IMG/VR virus record: IMGVR_UViG_2654588144_000016
Coordinates: 1 to 64,000 of that record
From: a virus
Taxonomy: Duplodnaviria; Caudoviricetes
Reading direction: 5' to 3' (one strand)
DNA: 64,000 nucleotides
Position 1 is the first letter of the stretch. The number at the start of each line of letters is the position of its first letter. This document shows, in pieces, positions 29,161-39,601 of this stretch. The translations under genes and the position numbers were made by a program. The notes beneath the pieces are model-generated. The model had not been told where the DNA came from. It did no database searches and saw only the letters and a list, made by a program, of their open reading frames with translations.

Positions 29161-31938
29161 TTAGAATGGTCGTGGCGTAGGCTTTGCTGAAGCTACACCT
29201 CCGCCGCTTCTGTAAACAGCTAACATGGCTACCATATCGGGTGCATCATCGTGAGCATTCTTCGCCAACTGACTGTATGCGCACAACCACGACATGAATT
29301 GCCCATAATCAGATTTAACCTCATAACAATCTGGGTGCTTAAATAGCACATGCTGAATTACCCATGGACTATTGACGATAATCTTCGTTTCCTTATTGGT
29401 AGTTGTGAATCTCTTTTCAATGCTGGCTCGCCCACCTTTTTCTTTTACTTTTTCCTGAACCTTATCGCCGGTTCTGCTACCCTCTTTGTTGCTCTCAAAT
29501 ACCGCAATCTGAACATTGTTCCGAACCAGGCATTCTGCATTCAAGTCGTCAAGCAAATAGGGGTCAATACTCTGGAATACCACATCATGAAGATAATAGT
29601 CCTCACCATACTGGTAAAACACACCCAGACAGTTGTAATCAGAACCCGTATCTTTCGTATCGCAGAACGCCCATATAGCATCTGGCTCTTTTGGCGGCAG
29701 CTCCCCATAATACCGCCGTAACATATCTGGATTGTAGAGGATTCCCTCGCGTTCTACGGGTTCATTCTTGTATAAACACTTATATGTAATATCATCCAGC
29801 GACTTTTCGATATCTTCAAAATACTCCACATCGAATCCAACGCCATAATCATAATCAAAATTGCTTTCCCCTGTTGCCGGGTCAATATCGGGCACTGAAA
29901 TGAAACGGCAACGCTTATTATTCTGGTAGATGGTTTTTATGCGCCCAATCACATCCCATACAGACCATCTAGTCGCAATATGTAGTTCCTTGCAGGTCCT
30001 CCCACGTTTTCCTTTTTTCTTTCGGGTTTTTAAATCTGTACTATACATCGTCCAGAGTTTATCCAGACGTATTTTAGACAATGCCATCTCGATTCCAGAA
30101 CAAAGGTCATCGCAATACAAAATCCCCTCACATCGGGTAACGCCTGTTTGGGAAGCCCCCAACGCTCTGCAGGTCAATGTCTTAAAAGGCTTGAACTTTC
30201 CAAGGTTAATTTCCTGCTCATTTGCATTGTTGCTTTCCACTTCAACATCCGGGAATATTTCTCTCCATGTGTATTCTGGTATCTGCCCAGGCTTCAAACC
30301 AATTCCAATGATATTGCAAACAACTTGATAAACCATTCTGGTAACATGGCCACTGTGAGATGAGAACAGATTACACAAATCCGGGAACCATCCCATGAAA
30401 CCGGACATGAACATTTCTCCAAGTGTAGTGTTATGAGTGATAACATATCCATCAGTAATATATAAATGAGATTCATCATCCACCATAATGCATTGGCATT
30501 CCTCTTCACCTACATACGCTATATTTCTTATGAATCGTTTTATTTTTTTTCTTTTCGGGCAATACAAAATCTTTTTTCGTTCTAAAGAAAAAATCTTCTC
30601 ACTTTCACTCGAAAATTGAATAAGTATTCGATAACATAGTTTTCCTTCTCTTTTTTCTCCCTTATAGAGATAGCAACTCTTTTTTGTTCCTTTGCTTGCA
30701 TATCCTCCCAATGAGTGAACCAATTCTACAACGTCATTAGCAAGTTTCTCCGATACTGTATAATACTCTGCATGGTTTTCTTGAGCACATCCATCTGTGT
30801 CAAGCAATCCTCTTAGCAAATCAAGTCTCTGTTTATATGACGCTGTCAAATATTCTTCTGGTATGAATTTGTGGTCGCTTGTTTTTCCATACAGCCCTAA
30901 CCTTTCTAATTCCCTACGAAAATGGCACTTTGTATATCTTCCCCTACTATCTCTCTTTGAATATCCCTCTACAATACGGTACGAAATATCATCAATTAGA
31001 TTTAACGAATAGCCATCCGGCAATAAATCTTTGATTCTATTTAAGATTTCCTTATCTATATTTGTAATATTTATAGAACCTCCAGACAGCGCACCACCTC
31101 CTATAAGAGCACCCAAAACATAGGGAGATATTAAAAACTCCTTCTCTTTAAAATCAATTTTAGGCACATAATCAACAGAATAGTTCACGCGCTTTCCATG
31201 CTCTACATAAACATTATTAATCATGTCCCTCAATTCAATAACTCTATACCTACCGTTTTCCCCATAGCGTTTTTTGTTTCGGTCTTCCCTTGTCTGAACT
31301 TTCCACAAATGTTCGTCAGAACAACGCACCTTTGTACCATCATCAAAAGTTATCTCATAAACCTTTTTCTTTCCCTGCGGATACACCCCAACAACCTTGC
31401 ATACATTCCCAGTGCCAGAAATTACTTCCTGACCAATTTTTACATCACCCATTCGCATGAACCCATCTGGTGTAAGAACTTTGGAATACAGTGGTTGCGC
31501 TTTCCCGCTCCCAGGTACGGTAGATATGCTCAAAATATCTATTTCATCATCAATCAAATCCTGTAACGCTTGCGTGAAACCCATTTTCAGGAATTGCTTG
31601 CGGCGTGGCTCATAAAATCTATCCTCCGGGTCCCGATTCTTCTCCAGATAAATCAAGTAGCTGTCCACCACACGATTTCTGGCTTCAAACAGCATAGTAT
31701 CCCAGTACAACTTGTCCCATTGAGGGTCAAGTGTCTGCTGTAAGCGTTGTAACGACCAACGCTTAATAAATCCTGAATAGGAAAACACATATTTTCGTTC
31801 ATCTGCACCCAAATCCGGGTTATCCTGCATCGTATATTGAAGTTCGGACAGAAGAAGTTGCAAAATGTCCAAAGATGGCGGCTCTGTAATCTGCCGCTTT
31901 AATTTTTTGATTAATTTCCGGTGTTCCTGGAAATTCAT
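29161..31938 (-). CDS. terL: Terminase large subunit, intein-containing
   Basis: Walker A PGSGK/TT split by intein; Walker B YCDD; C-terminal HDDAPD nuclease motif; GGAGG RBS before ATG 31938. Confidence 0.9.
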   Translation of the reverse strand: MNFQEHRKLIKKLKRQITEPPSLDILQLLLSELQYTMQDNPDLGADERKYVFSYSGFIKRWSLQRLQQTLDPQWDKLYWDTMLFEARNRVVDSYLIYLEKNRDPEDRFYEPRRKQFLKMGFTQALQDLIDDEIDILSISTVPGSGKAQPLYSKVLTPDGFMRMGDVKIGQEVISGTGNVCKVVGVYPQGKKKVYEITFDDGTKVRCSDEHLWKVQTREDRNKKRYGENGRYRVIELRDMINNVYVEHGKRVNYSVDYVPKIDFKEKEFLISPYVLGALIGGGALSGGSINITNIDKEILNRIKDLLPDGYSLNLIDDISYRIVEGYSKRDSRGRYTKCHFRRELERLGLYGKTSDHKFIPEEYLTASYKQRLDLLRGLLDTDGCAQENHAEYYTVSEKLANDVVELVHSLGGYASKGTKKSCYLYKGEKREGKLCYRILIQFSSESEKIFSLERKKILYCPKRKKIKRFIRNIAYVGEEECQCIMVDDESHLYITDGYVITHNTTLGEMFMSGFMGWFPDLCNLFSSHSGHVTRMVYQVVCNIIGIGLKPGQIPEYTWREIFPDVEVESNNANEQEINLGKFKPFKTLTCRALGASQTGVTRCEGILYCDDLCSGIEMALSKIRLDKLWTMYSTDLKTRKKKGKRGRTCKELHIATRWSVWDVIGRIKTIYQNNKRCRFISVPDIDPATGESNFDYDYGVGFDVEYFEDIEKSLDDITYKCLYKNEPVEREGILYNPDMLRRYYGELPPKEPDAIWAFCDTKDTGSDYNCLGVFYQYGEDYYLHDVVFQSIDPYLLDDLNAECLVRNNVQIAVFESNKEGSRTGDKVQEKVKEKGGRASIEKRFTTTNKETKIIVNSPWVIQHVLFKHPDCYEVKSDYGQFMSWLCAYSQLAKNAHDDAPDMVAMLAVYRSGGGVASAKPTPRPF
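30430..31500 (-). mobile_element. Intein (357 aa, Ala1, class 3 signature) with LAGLIDADG domain
   Basis: Starts AQPLYSKVLTPDG, ends ITHN/T; W (DEHLW), C (CQCI), T (THN) triplet; GLLDTDG motif. Confidence 0.9.
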
Positions 31939-32019
31939 AAGAAAAGCCTCCTTCCTCTGTTTATTTCGCAAAGGTCGAAGGCTCACTAGGCACTGGTTTA
32001 AATCGACATAATTTTTAAC

Positions 32020-32448
32020 TTAATCCTGTTCGGGATGTTCTTTCTGCCATTTTTGATAATACCAACATCTCGTTGCAAGGCCCCTGTTTATACCACGAAG
32101 AATATCATAATTTTCGCATTCATATTCTTTATTCCAACCATGAACATCAAAATTATGCCCTAAGCATAGTCTACGAACTCTTGATTTTGCCCAATCATCG
32201 CAGTCATGTTTCTTCCCAATCATAAATGTTGCCGCCCAAGGTGTTGCATTGGGACTACAATAGAAATACAACGGCCACCAATGTCCATCACATAGAAAAG
32301 GCAACCTAAAACAAATATACCCGTATTTTTTAGTATGTAGTTGTACTCCCCAATGCATGGCATTTCTCCCATATACTGTAAGATTCCCAATACTAATATG
32401 GCCTGTCATAAAATTCCACTTCATGTAATGCTTTATCTTACTCCACAT
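32020..32448 (-). CDS. Hypothetical phage protein
   Basis: 142-aa ORF coupled to upstream gene. Confidence 0.6.
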   Translation of the reverse strand: MWSKIKHYMKWNFMTGHISIGNLTVYGRNAMHWGVQLHTKKYGYICFRLPFLCDGHWWPLYFYCSPNATPWAATFMIGKKHDCDDWAKSRVRRLCLGHNFDVHGWNKEYECENYDILRGINRGLATRCWYYQKWQKEHPEQD

Positions 32449-32923
32449 TTACAATTATCTCCTTCCGACATCTACTGTTTTTGCACTTATATGGCATTTT
32501 CTCTATCCGCGTATCAGAATTTACTTTAAACTGTTTTTTCTGACAATAAGGACAGATAATCCATCCGTCTTTTATATCCGCTTGCCCGTCAAATCCATCT
32601 TCTGGCGGATTCATTGCTTTTGAAAAATCCATCTTAGTCCCTTCCATTTCAATTATTGATAACCTATTATCACCCATGTAACATATGCTACAATGTCCAT
32701 CGTCACATTCAACTTTAAAAGGTTCTGGTTTGAATACGGCGATTGGCTTCTCAAAAGTATATTTTCGAATGATTCTACAATCTGTAACTTTTTTCATATT
32801 TGCATTGAGTCCTTCTGAAATCAACCTGTGCTCCTGCATTTCGGCTGGATATAAGTTTTCATCAATTTTTATTGTACAGTGTCTCAGAGGAATATCATAT
32901 TCCCTTTCTGGACTTAAAAGCAT
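32438..32923 (-). CDS. Protein with C-terminal Cys-rich zinc ribbon
   Basis: CPYC...CKNSRC. Confidence 0.55.
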   Translation of the reverse strand: MLLSPEREYDIPLRHCTIKIDENLYPAEMQEHRLISEGLNANMKKVTDCRIIRKYTFEKPIAVFKPEPFKVECDDGHCSICYMGDNRLSIIEMEGTKMDFSKAMNPPEDGFDGQADIKDGWIICPYCQKKQFKVNSDTRIEKMPYKCKNSRCRKEIIVNVE

Positions 32924-32945
32924 TTATTCCATCCTCCCAGCAAAC

Positions 32946-35200
32946 TTAGAAAATATAATTCCGATTCTTATGAGCACTATCGTTTCTCATCATGAGTGTT
33001 AAGTCGTTCCCACTTACCCACGCCAACGTATTTCCATCATCAAGGAATGTTATCTCATATTCGTCTTTTTCCTCATATGTTCCACCAAGCGTTTGCTCCA
33101 TGTATTCCTTATAGACTTTACTGACATAAGCCTTTCTGTTAAACCACGTATCATTAACACATGGTACAACTTTGATTCCGCTTTCATCAATTACCATATT
33201 CTGTTCGATAGAAAACTTTGTGCAAAGAACAATATCCCCTTTATTAAACCTTCGTTTCATTTCTCTAACCTCGTTTCAAACCCTGCTGCCATCAGTTTAT
33301 CATTGATTTCCAACGCATATCCGGCAAAACATTCCTGATATCGGTTTCCATAACCATCTGCGTATTTACACAGCTTTCTGCGCTTTATCGGATCTCCGTC
33401 CGACAAGAGCAATTTAATGCAATAAGCAAACGTCTTTCCGTTGCACCGTCCTGACCGAATTATATCTCGCTTTCCAAGCAGATAATCCTTCTGCCAGTTA
33501 TACAATTGGATTCCAAAAGCCTGTTCAATCCTTTTGATTGTGTTATCATCAATCTTCATTCTTCCTTACCCACATACTTACCGGAGGTTGACCGCCAATC
33601 ACATCCAAATGAATTGCCGGTCTAATTCCAGCCTTAATTTGCTTTAATATATCTGCCAAATCATCATCCGAAAAACGCCACAGAGAAATCACTTCATCGG
33701 TTAGAAACTGTTCATTATACTGCTTACAAGCTGGTAAATCGTCACATCCATCTGCTACAAATACGCTATTCTGTTCTGGAAATTCTACTGGATACATTTT
33801 CCTGCTCCTTTATTCTTCGTTTTCACTGTTATTGCAGTACGCCAGCAAATGCTCCGCAATCTGCCGCAAATCGCTTTTAGAATATTTCTCTGTCTCATAT
33901 TCATCTAGCGCATTGGGATTAAACGCTTTCTGAATATAGTTTGTTCTTACAGTTCTCGTAGCCTTAATAAGCATAGATGCTACATCAATAGGCTCTGCCG
34001 ATAGATTATGTTTCATTTTCAATTCCTGCTTCAATTCATCAGAGTAGCATTGTATTTCCTGCAATTCAGCTTTTAGGCAGTCAATATGTGCCTGCATATC
34101 CGCTTTTTGCTTTTTATAGCAACATACCTTATTTCTCAATAATTCAATCTCAGTATTTTCCATGTTCTAACCCCCTCATATATCCTTTCACGAAAGAAAC
34201 CTCCTCCACGCAACCACAATTCTTGCACCGATACTTCGGCAAACCATTGATTTTCTCACGTTCAAACTCATGCCGGCGGCAGGATTCCTCTTTCTGGTTA
34301 TTCTCGTTAATGTCCCGCATGATTTTTATGGAGCGTTCGTCCATTCCTTTTGCTCTCATTTTTTCAATATCGAACATAAGCCTCCTTACCCCTCTTTCCT
34401 ATTAATCCGCACAACCTCTTTGACAAGGTTATGCGGTATCTGAATCACAGTGATTAAGTTCTGGTTATGGAATATGTACGCCTTATCCCCGTAAAGCCGA
34501 ATCTGGTTCGCTCTGCGATTATAGAAATACTGCTTGTCCACCCACTTTTTCAGATTGCCGGTCAAATCCCCATGACGCAGACCTTTCTCATATGCAATTT
34601 TTGCCATCCGCTCCGAAGATTTATCATTCAGACCGCACCGCTCTTTCAATCGCTCTTTGGCGTGTTTTGTGACCTGCATACGAATGTCCTCCAATCCTTA
34701 CTTATCACATATTGCACAGACCCCGAGAATGTAATGACTTCTGGAATCCATTGACCTTGTAACTTCTACGCAATTTCCATTTACAATACACATCGGTAAA
34801 ATATCACATTTAGCATTCTGTATCTTTTTCTATGTATTCAGGTGCTATAAATTCTTTGAAATATGGACAGCCAATGCCGTGTACTTGCAGTCCTACTTCA
34901 TTTTCTTTCTGGCACTGGTATATGTTGACTTCATCATTTGCTTCATCGTCCCACTCATAATCAATATCAAGAAACTCACACTTTTCACAACGATTCTCCA
35001 TATGCTTCTCCCAATTTCCGCAATTCGTCCAATTTACCAGTATTCAGTTCTATACAATCCAGACAGTCAATAGCTATCAGCTCTTTCTCCACTCTGGACA
35101 GCTTCTTTCCAGTCTGCTCTTCTATTCTCCCATACATCCGCTTACCTTTAGCTGACTTAACGAATTTCTGAATCTTCTGGCGCTGTTGCTCTCTGTTCAT
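32946..35200 (-). CDS. Run of small hypothetical phage genes (32946-33260, 33257-33559, 33549-33797, 33810-34163, 34150-34377, 34386-34694, 34810-35001, 34985-35200)
   Basis: Tightly packed, overlapping start/stop minus-strand ORFs. Confidence 0.6.
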
Positions 35201-35212
35201 CGTGCTTTATTT

Positions 35213-36130
35213 TCAATAATAATCTGACTTGTAAGCAAGCCTTTGTATTATTCCCTCCGTTGCAAAATGTGGTAAATGCCAATCTATATTTTTTCCATAG
35301 TTTACAGTAAAATGCTTATCAATCAAAGAATAATACCCATTATCAAACGAAATTAGGTCCTCGAAATCTTTACTTCCTTCAACAAGCTTTTCGATAACCT
35401 TAATCAGCGTTTGGTCTGACATTCTTGGGTGAAATCCTCCTGTATGCTCGTGATATTTGTCAAAATAATAACTGATGGTATTTATTATGTTCTCTACTAC
35501 ACTATCATCATCGTAAAATAATTTATCTCGACACAACCTGATTGTTCTTGTAAGCACTTCGCCTTTTACGTCTTTTCCATCATTGTGGAACACATCGTCC
35601 TTCGCACCGATTCTATCGGTCGGAGTATTCGCTCCTCCTTTTTCTTTAGAAAAAGAATTTAGTGTACTCTTTGGTGTATTCTCTGTATAGTACTCTCTGG
35701 TATTGGTTGGTTCATCTTGATTTGCTCGAATGTCGCAAAATGATACGTCCGTCGTATCATTTTGCGACATTCGATTGTTCATCATAGATTCCTCAAGTTT
35801 TTTATAATCTATCGAATACCATTTTGTCTTATCAAACGAATATGTATTATGATTTGCGGAAATTACATATCCGTCCTTTTCTAATTTTGCAAAAATCCGT
35901 TTAATTGTTGGAATCGACCAAAAAGGAAAATTATCTCTTTGCCAATCCTCATATGTATTAAACGTCCAGTATCTTCCATCAATAAAATTCTTTCCGCTCC
36001 GCTCATTAAACTCCAACCAGTATTCAATCTGGTTGAGAACAATGGCTTCATTAAGCCCAACTAACATAGCCAATTCTTGGCGAATGTTGAGCATTCTATC
36101 TTTATTTATAAATAAACTTCTTGCTGTCAT
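35213..36130 (-). CDS. Replication-initiator-like winged-helix protein
   Basis: EAIVLNQIEYW...WTFNTYEDW...FPFWSIPTIKR N-terminal domain. Confidence 0.7.
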   Translation of the reverse strand: MTARSLFINKDRMLNIRQELAMLVGLNEAIVLNQIEYWLEFNERSGKNFIDGRYWTFNTYEDWQRDNFPFWSIPTIKRIFAKLEKDGYVISANHNTYSFDKTKWYSIDYKKLEESMMNNRMSQNDTTDVSFCDIRANQDEPTNTREYYTENTPKSTLNSFSKEKGGANTPTDRIGAKDDVFHNDGKDVKGEVLTRTIRLCRDKLFYDDDSVVENIINTISYYFDKYHEHTGGFHPRMSDQTLIKVIEKLVEGSKDFEDLISFDNGYYSLIDKHFTVNYGKNIDWHLPHFATEGIIQRLAYKSDYY

Positions 36131-36231
36131 TTTAATTACCTACCTTTCAAGTAATTGCCTCAATTTGGATTTAGGCAAGGAAACGGTTAAGGCTTACCGC
36201 TTTCGTGTTGCAATCACTATCCTTGCCTAAG

Positions 36232-36303
36232 TTGGGCTAGTTGGATTCGAACCAACGAATACAGGAGTCAAAGTCCTGTGCCTTACCGCTTGGCGATAGC
36301 CCA
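36232..36303 (-). tRNA. tRNA-Gln(TTG)
   Basis: Full cloverleaf; CAGGA-CTTTGAC-TCCTG; GGTTCGAATCC. Confidence 0.9.
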
Positions 36304-36647
36304 TAAATCTATGCTTCTTCTACTTGTCCAAAAACTTCACAATATCGCTTAACATCAGTAAATCCAAGAATCTCTTTTGCTTTTTCTACTGATTCCGTTC
36401 TAATATCAGAGTAAGTAGTAATTATATGACCATCTCCAAATCCATCTTGATAATTTTCAAATTCACATTTTGCCGAAAAGAAGTTCTGTCTAAAAGTCAT
36501 AAAATATTTTCTACCATTTTGTTCACCAATTACTTCCGCATTATTTGTTCTATAAAGTTTTCCACAAATAATTGCAGAAGAATGATTGGTTTCTCTAATA
36601 AATCTCATATTACACACACCTTTACGATTAATAAACTTTTACTACAA

Positions 36648-36721
36648 TGGACGCTCTGGGCATCGAACCCAGGAATCTTCCGGTTATGAGCCGGATGCAT
36701 TAACCACTTTGCTAAGCGTCC
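36648..36721 (-). tRNA. tRNA-CAT (Ile2 or Met)
   Basis: TCCGG-CTCATAA-CCGGA anticodon arm; GGTTCGATGCC. Confidence 0.85.
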
Positions 36722-36884
36722 TAAGCACGACCCGCTTAGATTATCACACCGTCTACTATCCAGTTCCTCTGGTTTCGCAAGCATACTCGTGCACTAATAT
36801 GCTCCGGTAGTTTTCAGCGGGCATTATCATTCTTTGTGAGGCGTTGTGCGTACTCTCACATCAGCCGGGAGCGACCCGGCAACA

Positions 36885-36984
36885 TGGGGAGTATAAGAAT
36901 CGAACCTATGTCTCTGGTGGTATCGATTTTTATGTTTACGATTATTCTGCTTTCCCCAGTGTCTTACCACTTGACTAACTTCCC
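36885..36984 (-). ncRNA. tRNA-like RNA with ~36-nt anticodon-loop expansion
   Basis: Acceptor GGGAAGT/ACTCCCC, D arm, GGTTCGATTC T arm; no 7-nt anticodon loop. Confidence 0.6.
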
Positions 36985-37235
36985 AGGCTCATCCGTCCCC
37001 TGTATAGCCCCAAAGAACGGACAATGTTTATCAGACATTCGCTCTTTCCCCTATTGGGCGGGCATGTGAACCTTCGCTACTCGGCTATGAAGAGCAAAAT
37101 TCTGCATAACAGAATCGAACTGTGCTTACCCCAACGCCTGACTTTTGAAATGTACTCTGGTTGCGCTCACGCCATTTCCATTACAAAAGCGAGTGGATTT
37201 GAACCACATATGCAGAACTCGTATCGTCATACGAA

Positions 37236-37308
37236 TGGGAAGTATAGGTTCCGACCCTATCTCTCCTGCTCTTCAGGCAGGCGCTTTCACCAGATTAGCT
37301 TACTTCCC
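37236..37308 (-). tRNA. tRNA-Phe(GAA), atypical T loop
   Basis: CCTGC-CTGAAGA-GCAGG; T loop GTCGGAA. Confidence 0.75.
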
Positions 37309-37455
37309 AGTATAAATCCCCCTTGTTCCGTACAAGGACGAAATTTTATTAACTTCCGTTGTAAACTCCATTTTCTGGAATCAATGGGAAACCTTGTTTC
37401 GCTACCGTTTATCGCAGAGTCGTTTGCAAACAAGAAAAGGTCAACACATCTCTCA

Positions 37456-37539
37456 TGGGAAGAACTGGATTTGAACCAGCAGAACCCGAAGGTACCAGAT
37501 TTACAGTCTGGCCCGCTACCAATTACGGTATATCTTCCC
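37456..37539 (-). tRNA. tRNA-Tyr(GTA)
   Basis: CCAGA-CTGTAAA-TCTGG; long variable arm; GGTTCAAATCC. Confidence 0.85.
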
Positions 37540-38159
37540 TCAACGGGCATGCGCCCGTTAGCAACATCTTTATCGTGCATATGCTTTACACTATCCGGTT
37601 TGCAGCCTTTCACCGGCAACTCTTTTATCCAGCTACCTCGCAAAACTGGACGGACAATTTCTTCTCACCCGCAGGCTTTTCCCCTTGCCTTATCGGTTCA
37701 CATGCAAAATTGCCACTGGTGTTTTAGGGAAAATCTTAGCAAGGTTTTTACTAGAACCGCTCTCACGGTTCCGCTACTTTTTCTCCATCATGGTAGATGG
37801 GAAAACACATTCCTTGAAACTCCCCAGACACGCTTTGGCGCCGATTATGTACTCCAGAATGTTATCAGCAACTCAAATCCGTCCGCATCGGCGTTCCCGT
37901 ACACTAGCCAAATTTGGTGACTGAGTAAATGCTGATAAGTTTTTCTACGGCTTATACGGGGGCCGTAGCATTTGGAAGATTGGAAAGCCTACCTATCTCT
38001 CCTGCAGCAGTTAGCTCATGCTTGCCAAGGCCGGTTTATATGGCTTAACCTGCTGCCATGTCTTGGAACTCCCATACAGGTGACACGTCTGCCAACTATT
38101 ATCCGACTGCCTCAAACAGGAAGCAGCCTGACCATATACTGCATGGTAAAAACGTTCCA

Positions 38160-38232
38160 AGCTATCAACCGGATTCGAACCGACAACCTATCGCTTACAG
38201 GGCGATTGCTCTACCATTTGAGCTATGACAGC
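38160..38232 (-). tRNA. tRNA-Thr(TGT), C at position 33
   Basis: ATCGC-CCTGTAA-GCGAT; GGTTCGAATCC. Confidence 0.8.
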
Positions 38233-38445
38233 TACTACAAATACCAATGATAACCACTCATTGGCATGGATACTCCCCTGCGTTTACCGTTCCAGACGGA
38301 TTGCAACGCCCAGTTCTCTTGTGTATCCTTCCCAGGCTGTAAAACCTCACGGCGGTCGTAAGCCGCCTTAACAGCCTATTGGCTATGAGGTAGAGGTCAA
38401 GTATGAAAAAAATCAAATCCGCATATTCAGCACAAGTATGCGGAA

Positions 38446-38524
38446 TAGGGAGAACAGGAATCGAACCTGTGACTTCGGAGTGTTTCGTCGGCTTCTCCGC
38501 ACTCTACCACTGAGCCATCTCCCT
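38446..38524 (-). ncRNA. tRNA-like RNA with 14-nt anticodon loop
   Basis: Perfect acceptor AGGGAGA/TCTCCCT, D arm, CGGAG/CTCCG stem around AAGCCGACGAAACA, perfect T arm. Confidence 0.65.
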
Positions 38525-38848
38525 TCAATCCGGTCGGAATTATGCCAACCGGATGTTTTACCAGATATGGTAATGTTATGCGGCTTTTCAGCAACTACCG
38601 CATTTCAACGCTACCTTTGGCCCCGATTCACGAGATAATGTTTCTTGGGATTCCACATTATTATCCGCATTATCCAGTTGCACCATGGGCTCCAGCTACT
38701 CTGGATGCCTCGACCGCTCACAAGGGTAAGGAATCCCGTGCTTACCTGCTTGATTCGGTCTTATTGCCTGCTTTACAGAACTTTTTGATATGAATTGAAC
38801 CCATTCGTATGTAATGAACAGGATAATTCCGAAATAGGTGAAAATCAT

Positions 38849-39601
38849 TTAATCCTCCAACCATTCGTTGTCGAGACAGATAAACCCAACCACTGCACCA
38901 CCGGTCAATATAATCCAAATTATCCAAAACAGCACTATCGGAAAGCCAGAAGTCAAATACTCTACCGTTGATTCTATGTCCTGTCCAACGTAAAACGGTG
39001 AATCATCTTTCATGGCTCCGTCTCGCAAATCAGTATAGACTGTGCCAGTATATTTCGGATTACATCCATAATATTTGAATCTCACAAATCCAGATTCATT
39101 CATTGTGTCTATGTAATCCGTTCCCGGCATAGCCACTTTGGAATAATCCATTTCGATATCGCAAAATTGGATTTTCTTACTATGGACTTCTTCACTTCCG
39201 GCATAATCCCATGACCAATATGTTTCTGTCCTTGTATGGGTTTTTCCGTTGAAATCCGTATATGTGACCGTTCTGGTATGCATATTGTAATGCTCCTCAA
39301 CCTTTTCCACGTACAGATATTCTCCACCAATTTCTGGATATGTGACTGTATCAATCGCCTCCAGTTCTCCATACACAAACGCATTACCAATACTGGTATT
39401 CATGCCATACCGAAACATCTCTGTTTCAGTTATCTTTGCCGCCTTGTAATACTCTGCGTTTTTGTCCATCTGGTGTTCTTCTATTTTCCCGGCAAACACG
39501 AATCCAAGAATCATCATCACCGCAATAATGGTAATACTGGCCAGAATCTCACGCATTGTTATCTCATAACTTCCGAACCACCACGACTTTTTCATAATCA
39601 T
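38849..39601 (-). CDS. Membrane protein (2 TM) partnered with LemA
   Basis: N- and C-terminal TM segments; coupled to LemA-family gene. Confidence 0.7.
   Translation of the reverse strand: MIMKKSWWFGSYEITMREILASITIIAVMMILGFVFAGKIEEHQMDKNAEYYKAAKITETEMFRYGMNTSIGNAFVYGELEAIDTVTYPEIGGEYLYVEKVEEHYNMHTRTVTYTDFNGKTHTRTETYWSWDYAGSEEVHSKKIQFCDIEMDYSKVAMPGTDYIDTMNESGFVRFKYYGCNPKYTGTVYTDLRDGAMKDDSPFYVGQDIESTVEYLTSGFPIVLFWIIWIILTGGAVVGFICLDNEWLED

Noticed and set aside
37095-37215. Isolated T-arm-like motifs (also 46048..46072) as tRNA genes
   Set aside because: Could not fold acceptor, D and anticodon arms; at most fragments
37024-37920. 298-aa plus-strand ORF (and 37287..37643 minus)
   Set aside because: Overlaps tRNA genes, implausible composition; shadow ORF
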